From positions 240,838-304,837 of the forward strand of contig JABHDY010000003.1 in NCBI GenBank assembly GCA_018676855.1: 64,000 nucleotides of DNA. Reading direction: 5' to 3'. The stretch comes from Candidatus Woesearchaeota archaeon (lineage in GTDB: Archaea; Nanobdellota; Nanobdellia; Woesearchaeales; GW2011-AR9). A program made the position numbers and the translations under genes. Positions 58,349-64,000 of this stretch are shown piece after piece (positions within the stretch are counted from its first letter, which is position 1; each line of letters opens with the position of its first letter). Below the pieces are notes generated by a model that searched no databases, was not told the DNA's origin, and saw only the letters and a program-made list of their open reading frames with translations.

Positions 58349-60048
58349 TTTTGTATTATTAAATTGTAAAGTTCGTCAACTGTAAATGGCTGACCATCAT
58401 ATTTCAAAATTGTATCGTTTACGTGTATCCCAGTTTTTTCCATAATTAATTTTCCTAATTGACCAGTATAATTATTTTCAATTAATAAAATCTTATTTGA
58501 TTTTGAAAGTATATCATGCACTGACGATGTATGAAAAGGACACATATATTTCATGTGTACCATATTAACACTTTTTCCTTCAGTACCCAACCTATTAACC
58601 ACTTCCATAACTGCAGAGGTTGTACTTCCCCAACAAACAAGTGTCATGTCTGCATTTATAGAACCGTACAATTCTGGCACGGGCAATTCTTCTTCAATCT
58701 TTTTTAGTTTACCCATCCTATGGCGCATCATACCGTTTCGTATTGTAGGATCTTCAGTTATACTTCCAACGTTGGTATGTTCATCACCTGCACAAGTGTA
58801 TATACCATTCTTTGTTCCAGGTAAAGTTCTCAGAAAATTGTCTTCTGAATATCTCATAAACAAACCATTTTTCATTTGGTATTGGTTAGCATTATCTATA
58901 ATATTAAACCTCTGTGAAAAGTCTATATTGAGAGTATTAGATAATTTGATCGTTGAAAAACTTTCTGCTAATAATGTATCAACAAGAACAATAACTGGTA
59001 ATTGATACTTTTCAGCAAGGTAAAATGCACGTTTAGTTTCTGTGTAACATTCCTGTACATTACCTGGAGCAATAACAACGTGTGGAAAATCTCCCTGGCC
59101 AGCAGACAAAACGAACGATAAATCGCCCTGTTCAGTTTTTGTTGGTAAACCCGTTGCAGGACCCGGCCTCTGCCCTTCAATAATTACCAAAGGTAATTCT
59201 GCCATACTTGCCAAGCCAACAGACTCTACCATTAACGAAAATCCGCCACCTGACGTTGCCGTCATTGCTCGTGAACCTGCGTACGATGCACCAAGCGCCA
59301 TATTAATAGCAGCTATTTCATCTTCCGGTTGAATCACTGTAAGATCTTTATTATTGATAGATTCTTTTGCAAGATCGTGTAAAATTGCTGACACGGGCGT
59401 CATTGGATATTGTGCATGAAACGTAATACCTGCATCTAATGCTCCCTTTGTGATAGCACCATTTCCGTTATAAAATTCAAGAGAGGATTTTTCTCCAGCC
59501 GATAAACCAATACCGACACCTTTTTCCATAGAATCATATCCCGTATGAGCAGCATTTGCCAAAATATCTAACAACTGCAGTTTATGATTAAAAATGTCTG
59601 CCATGACAGATTTGAGTACATCATACTCAATATTAAGAGATTTTATTGCTGCACCAACAAAAACAGTATTAGCAATATTCTTTTCATTCAACGTTTGTTG
59701 TATTGTTGTTATTGGAAGTGGAACATAGGTAACAGTACTTTTTGTATCTTTTATTTCAATAGAATCATTATAAAGAATCATACCGCCATCGACAACATAC
59801 GATGTATGTTTTTCTACTGTTACAGAATCTAATGCTAATAACATATCAACCTTGTCAACGTCTGCTCCTAGAGGTTTTGAAGAAATTCGAAGTGTATGAT
59901 AATTATGCCCACCTTTAATCTGTGACGCATATTCTTTACTTGAAAAAACGTGATACCCTAACTTGATGAAAATGTGTGCAATTAAATTTGCAGCAGTAGC
60001 TATTCCCCAACCTGCTTCTCCACCAACCCTGATAACAAACGAATCCAT
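58342..60048 (-). CDS. korA: 2-oxoacid:ferredoxin oxidoreductase alpha subunit (gamma-alpha fused)
   Basis: GGEAGWG, YPMTP, EDEIAA, ATSGGGFSLM, QRPGPATGLPT. Confidence 0.9.
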   Translation of the reverse strand: MDSFVIRVGGEAGWGIATAANLIAHIFIKLGYHVFSSKEYASQIKGGHNYHTLRISSKPLGADVDKVDMLLALDSVTVEKHTSYVVDGGMILYNDSIEIKDTKSTVTYVPLPITTIQQTLNEKNIANTVFVGAAIKSLNIEYDVLKSVMADIFNHKLQLLDILANAAHTGYDSMEKGVGIGLSAGEKSSLEFYNGNGAITKGALDAGITFHAQYPMTPVSAILHDLAKESINNKDLTVIQPEDEIAAINMALGASYAGSRAMTATSGGGFSLMVESVGLASMAELPLVIIEGQRPGPATGLPTKTEQGDLSFVLSAGQGDFPHVVIAPGNVQECYTETKRAFYLAEKYQLPVIVLVDTLLAESFSTIKLSNTLNIDFSQRFNIIDNANQYQMKNGLFMRYSEDNFLRTLPGTKNGIYTCAGDEHTNVGSITEDPTIRNGMMRHRMGKLKKIEEELPVPELYGSINADMTLVCWGSTTSAVMEVVNRLGTEGKSVNMVHMKYMCPFHTSSVHDILSKSNKILLIENNYTGQLGKLIMEKTGIHVNDTILKYDGQPFTVDELYNLIIQKW

Positions 60049-60050
60049 TT

Positions 60051-60785
60051 TTACATGTTTTTATAGAGTGTGTTTGCTTCTTCTAATGATTCAAAACTGC
60101 CAATGTCAAACCAATGTTCGTCAAACACAAAACCGTGAACCTGAGAATTGTTTACAAGAAATTTTACAAAGTCGCCAGAATTATCTGCACTACCACGTTC
60201 CATTGCCTGTTCAATAAAAGGCAAATCATTTTTTTTGAATAAGTAACATGCCGTACTTGCAAGTGCACTGCTTGGTTCAAGCGGCTTTTCTTCAAAACCG
60301 ATAACTTTCTCGCCATCAAGAACGCCAACGCCTAACTTTCGTCGCACTTTTTCAACATTTTTTAAATCGCAAAATGCAACGGACGACGTATTATGCTTAT
60401 CTGAAAAGTTGATAAAATGTTGCAGTTCAAACCCAAACAAGTTATCGCCTGCAATAACAAGAAGATCGTCGTTAATGTCTTTATCCTGCACAACGTAATG
60501 AATGTCTCCTACCGCTCCAAGCCTATCATCGTTACTTGTCGTTCCATCGTTAATAAGCGTGATCTTATCTGCTAAAGGATAATTACAATGCCATGTACGA
60601 AACGCATCATAAAATCGTGCATTCGTAACAACATATATATCAGTGATACCTTCAATCTTGTGAACTTTGTCAAGGATATGGTTAAGAATAGAAATGTTAT
60701 TCACTTCCAATAACGGTTTTGGCTGGTTTTCTGTAAGTGGATATAATCGTGTTGCATACCCTGCTGCTAAGATTATAGCTTTCAT
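60051..60785 (-). CDS. Sugar-1-phosphate nucleotidyltransferase
   Basis: AIILAAGYATRLYPLT..PKPLL, AGDN, EEKP, WFDIG. Confidence 0.88.
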   Translation of the reverse strand: MKAIILAAGYATRLYPLTENQPKPLLEVNNISILNHILDKVHKIEGITDIYVVTNARFYDAFRTWHCNYPLADKITLINDGTTSNDDRLGAVGDIHYVVQDKDINDDLLVIAGDNLFGFELQHFINFSDKHNTSSVAFCDLKNVEKVRRKLGVGVLDGEKVIGFEEKPLEPSSALASTACYLFKKNDLPFIEQAMERGSADNSGDFVKFLVNNSQVHGFVFDEHWFDIGSFESLEEANTLYKNM

Positions 60786-60869
60786 ATAATAAAATGTCTC
60801 AAAAATGATTTAAAAGTGTTGTGGAAGAAGAACCTGCTGTATAGTGTCACTGGTACATAAAGAATGTTT

Positions 60870-60877
60870 AAAAAAAA
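60870..60877 (-). terminator. Oligo-T terminator of 5S rRNA
   Basis: A8 on the + strand immediately 3' of the 5S gene. Confidence 0.5.
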
Positions 60878-60879
60878 GA

Positions 60880-60992
60880 TGGACAGCTTACCAAGTTTCC
60901 CGTACAAAAATACAGTACACCAAGATACGGAGGTTTTCTTAATTTCCGTGTTCGAAATGGGAACGGATGAACCAAGCCCCTATGGCCGTCCA
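60880..60992 (-). rRNA. rrf: 5S ribosomal RNA (unlinked)
   Basis: Minus strand reads GGACGGCCAUAG...CCGUUCCCAUUUCGAACACGGAAAUUAAG...GUACUGUA...UACGGGAAAC...GCUGUCC; the termini pair (helix I); TTTTATAAA about 25 nt upstream. Confidence 0.9.
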
Positions 60993-61075
60993 GTACACTA
61001 TTTATGGAGTTCATTTATAAAAGTTACGATTGGTTTTTCATAACTCTTTAAATATCATCCACATTCCTTCTTTGT

Positions 61076-62266
61076 ATGTATCAAGACGATTCTTCAGATA
61101 AACTGACTACCGTTGCTGTTTCTGGTTATTTTAATCCCATACATCATGGGCATATAGGACTTTTTAAAGAAGCAAAGAAGCTTGGTGATAAACTTTGTGT
61201 TATAATTAACAGTGATATGCAGGTAAGCATTAAGGGATCTCAAAAGTTCATGGATGAAAATGAACGGAAAGCCATTGTTGAATCTATACGGTACGTTGAC
61301 GAAGCTATTATTTCTATTGATGAAGATGGAACGCAATGTAAAACGTTAGAAATGATTAAACCTGACATCTTTGCTAATGGTGGCGACAGAAAAAATCCGG
61401 ATGACATTCCAGAATCTACTGTTTGTACACAACATGGTATTGAAATGATATTTGGTATTGGTGGTGGTAAAATGCAAAGTAGTAGTTGGTTACTTAGAAA
61501 AGTTAAGAAAGAAAGTTCAGAGACCAATTATCAAAATAAAAAAGTTATTGTTGCAGATGTTGATGAGACTATATGTGAAAGTTGTCAACAGATTTCAGTA
61601 GAAATGGCAAAAAAAATCAATAGTTTGATTGAAAGGGGATATCAGTTTGCGTTCATTAGTGGTACAAAATTTGAACATTTACACCAAATGATTTCTTCAA
61701 AACTAATCGAAGAACACCATATACTTGCAACTACCGGAACACGGTACGTCCATATTTCTGGTGATGGTTCACACACAACAAGGTATAATTACTCACTTAC
61801 AGAACAAGAAAAAGTAGAGATAAATAATGCGTTTAACAAACTAATAACACATTTTAACATCACATCTATGACAACAAAAGAAGACCAATTACAAGATAGA
61901 GATTCACAAATAACTCTTTCAGCTATTGGAAGACACGCACCATCAGAACTTAAAACAAAATATGATCCGGAAGGTAATAAAAGAAAAGTTTGGATTGAAT
62001 ATCTACAAAGATATTTAGGTAAAGACAAATATAGTTTCAAAATTGGTGGAACAACATCGGTAGACATTACACGAAAAGGTTCAGATAAAAAAGAAGGAAT
62101 TAGAAAATTTGCTGAATACAACAAAATACCGTTAGATACCATCTTATTCTTTGGAGATAAAATATATCCTGGAGGAAATGATTATCCAGCATCAAAAATT
62201 GTTGACTGCATATCTGTTTCGTCGCCCCGGGACACGTTACAGAAGCTTAATGATATTTTTCAATAA
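61076..62266 (+). CDS. HxGH cytidylyltransferase-like domain fused to HAD-IIB phosphomannomutase-like domain
   Basis: SGYFNPIHHGH, FANGGDR, SSS; DVDET, DRDSQIT, GGTTSVDIT, FFGDK..PGGND. Confidence 0.82.
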   Translation: MYQDDSSDKLTTVAVSGYFNPIHHGHIGLFKEAKKLGDKLCVIINSDMQVSIKGSQKFMDENERKAIVESIRYVDEAIISIDEDGTQCKTLEMIKPDIFANGGDRKNPDDIPESTVCTQHGIEMIFGIGGGKMQSSSWLLRKVKKESSETNYQNKKVIVADVDETICESCQQISVEMAKKINSLIERGYQFAFISGTKFEHLHQMISSKLIEEHHILATTGTRYVHISGDGSHTTRYNYSLTEQEKVEINNAFNKLITHFNITSMTTKEDQLQDRDSQITLSAIGRHAPSELKTKYDPEGNKRKVWIEYLQRYLGKDKYSFKIGGTTSVDITRKGSDKKEGIRKFAEYNKIPLDTILFFGDKIYPGGNDYPASKIVDCISVSSPRDTLQKLNDIFQ

Positions 62267-62297
62267 CTTTAATAAATACATTCATTTATAATTCATT

Positions 62298-63188
62298 ATG
62301 GACCTTGAAACAATACAAAAGTATAGTAAAGCTGGAGAAATAGCAGCAACTGCACTTCAATACGGAAAATCATTAATCAAAAATGGTGCTAAAGTAATAG
62401 AGATTCTTGACGCTGTTGAAACGAAAATTGAAGATATGGGTGGCAAACCAGCATTTCCTGCACAAATTTCGTTAAATGAATGTGCTGCACATTCTTGTTC
62501 ATCTATGGACGATGATACTATACTTAGGGACCATGTTGTTAAGTTAGATGTTGGTGTCCATATTGATGGATATATAGCAGATAATGCATTAACTGTAGAC
62601 CTATCAGGAAAGTATACGGACTTAGTAAACGCGAGTAGAGACGCACTTAATGAAGCATTAAAGATAATTAAGCCAGGGATTACATTAGCAGAAATTGGTA
62701 ATGTTATCCATAAAACTATTACATCAGCAGGTTTTTCTCCCGTACGAAATTTGTCAGGTCACGGGTTGGGCCACTATAATATCCATACAAAACCGTCTGT
62801 ACCTAACTTTGATAATGGGAATAAGAACACGCTTGAAGATGGTGACGTTATTGCCATAGAACCATTTGCGTCCATGGGAGCAGGCATTGTACAAGAAAGT
62901 GTTCCTGCAACCGTCTTTACATTAATGAAAGATACAGGTGTCAGAGATCCAATAACACGAAAGGTACTGCAAGAAATTAAAAAGTATAATGGTTTGCCTT
63001 TTGCTAAGAGATGGTTAGAACGAACATTTGGCACGCCACGAACTAACCTTGCACTGAGAACTTTAGTACGAATGGATTGTATTCAGGAACATAATCCCCT
63101 TGTTGATCAATCTCGAGGGATGGTATCACAAGCAGAACATTCAGTTATTGTCCAAGGTAAACCTCTCGTGTACACACGAATTGAATAA
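62298..63188 (+). CDS. map: Methionine aminopeptidase type II (archaeal)
   Basis: AFP, AAH, KLDVGVHIDGYIAD, NLSGHG, AIEPF, SQAEH; archaeal insert domain. Confidence 0.93.
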   Translation: MDLETIQKYSKAGEIAATALQYGKSLIKNGAKVIEILDAVETKIEDMGGKPAFPAQISLNECAAHSCSSMDDDTILRDHVVKLDVGVHIDGYIADNALTVDLSGKYTDLVNASRDALNEALKIIKPGITLAEIGNVIHKTITSAGFSPVRNLSGHGLGHYNIHTKPSVPNFDNGNKNTLEDGDVIAIEPFASMGAGIVQESVPATVFTLMKDTGVRDPITRKVLQEIKKYNGLPFAKRWLERTFGTPRTNLALRTLVRMDCIQEHNPLVDQSRGMVSQAEHSVIVQGKPLVYTRIE

Positions 63189-63189
63189 C

Positions 63190-63357
63190 TTACTCTTTTC
63201 TCATCTTAGGAAGTACTTTATACACAAAAAGTGCACCTGCACCAATTATTATCCAGAATACTTTCCAATGGATAAGACCAAAACCGAACAAGAAAATGTT
63301 AAGTACAAGGATGATTAACACACTAATACCAAGTATACGTAATTGTTTTTTATTCAT
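63190..63357 (-). CDS. Small two-TM membrane protein (55 aa; not in the ORF track)
   Basis: MNKKQLRILGISVLIILVLNIFLFGFGLIHWKVFWIIIGAGALFVYKVLPKMRKE; ATGA overlap with the hisS stop. Confidence 0.6.
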   Translation of the reverse strand: MNKKQLRILGISVLIILVLNIFLFGFGLIHWKVFWIIIGAGALFVYKVLPKMRKE

Positions 63358-64000
63358 TGTAATTGTGTAATAACTTCAGAAAGAGTTAATAATGTTTCGT
63401 TTCCAGAGACCATGTTACGGAGCGTTACTTTACCCTTTTTTACTTCATCTTCACCAATAATGATGGTGTAAGGAATTCTTAACGCATTAGCGTATTGTAA
63501 ATTCTTACTGACACCTTTCTTGCCAAGAGCAAAATCAGTGTTTATTCCTTTATCACGTAACGTTTGTGCAATCTTTAAAGATTCTTTGACAGTATTTATG
63601 GGAATTATGTATACTTTTGCAATAGATTCAGTTTTTGTTTCTTTTTCTTTTAAAACGTCCATGATGGGAGCAATACCAAACGCAATACCTACAGCGGGAA
63701 CTATTCTGTTACCACCCATAAAATTACCAATCATGTTATCATATCGGCCACCGCCAGCTAATGACGACGTAACTTTTCCTTTCTTTAAGAAGACTTCAAA
63801 AACCGTTCCTGTATAATAAGATAAGCCACGTACCATTGACATGTCAAACATTGCATTTTTAACTCCGAGAAGTTTACAGTACGAAAATAACTCTTTTAAT
63901 TCTTCAATACCTTCCTTTCCTTCTTCATCCGTCATTATTTTTTGTAGTTGTGGAAGCGTTATGTTTTCTTGTATACATGAAAGAACTTTCTTTATTTGTA
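63354..64000 (-). CDS. hisS: Histidyl-tRNA synthetase, C-terminal part (5'-truncated by window edge)
   Basis: VRGLSYYTG, AGGGRYD, PAVGIAFG, anticodon-binding domain IIIGEDE. Confidence 0.92.
   Translation of the reverse strand, partial: QIKKVLSCIQENITLPQLQKIMTDEEGKEGIEELKELFSYCKLLGVKNAMFDMSMVRGLSYYTGTVFEVFLKKGKVTSSLAGGGRYDNMIGNFMGGNRIVPAVGIAFGIAPIMDVLKEKETKTESIAKVYIIPINTVKESLKIAQTLRDKGINTDFALGKKGVSKNLQYANALRIPYTIIIGEDEVKKGKVTLRNMVSGNETLLTLSEVITQLQ

Noticed and set aside
1226-63816. Numerous 60-200 aa antisense or alternate-frame ORFs in the track (e.g. 2204..2668, 48234..48839, 56365..56874, 58553..59005)
   Set aside because: They overlap well-supported genes and lack motifs, so they are treated as shadow ORFs.
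1-64000. CRISPR arrays, transposases, integrases and tRNA genes
   Set aside because: No regularly spaced repeats, DDE/HUH/recombinase motifs or cloverleaf sequences were recognised by eye.

Overview
An AT-rich archaeal window, probably from a DPANN/Woesearchaeota-like lineage (inferred from an archaeal type II MetAP, an unlinked archaeal-type 5S rRNA, TATA-box promoters and GGTG/GGAGG SD motifs). About 55 kb is a large surface-glycan biosynthesis and decoration region. It encodes nonulosonic (pseudaminic-like) acid synthesis, a WbpA/B/D/E-type diacetamido-uronic acid pathway, sulfation genes (CysC, two sulfotransferase-like proteins, two AlkP-superfamily proteins), five methyltransferases, AsnB, GT2 and GT-C glycosyltransferases and a flippase, with many unusual domain fusions. 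A non-glycan island (about 36.5-42.8 kb) interrupts it and carries a radical SAM/SPASM enzyme coupled to a short His-x-Asp-repeat peptide (candidate archaeal RiPP system), between two paralogous lipoprotein genes and an ORF6N pseudogene. Other notable candidates are a SerK-like kinase/LicC fusion with a CobD-like decarboxylase and a CDP-alcohol transferase (putative de novo CDP-ethanolamine route), a tandem nucleotidyltransferase pair and an HxHxK HIT pair beside the sulfation genes, a divergent GAPDH-like gene in the nonulosonate operon, and a GC-rich structured intergenic element. The right end holds OFOR alpha/beta, 5S rRNA, map and partial hisS. All calls come from motif recognition by eye; no database searches were run.
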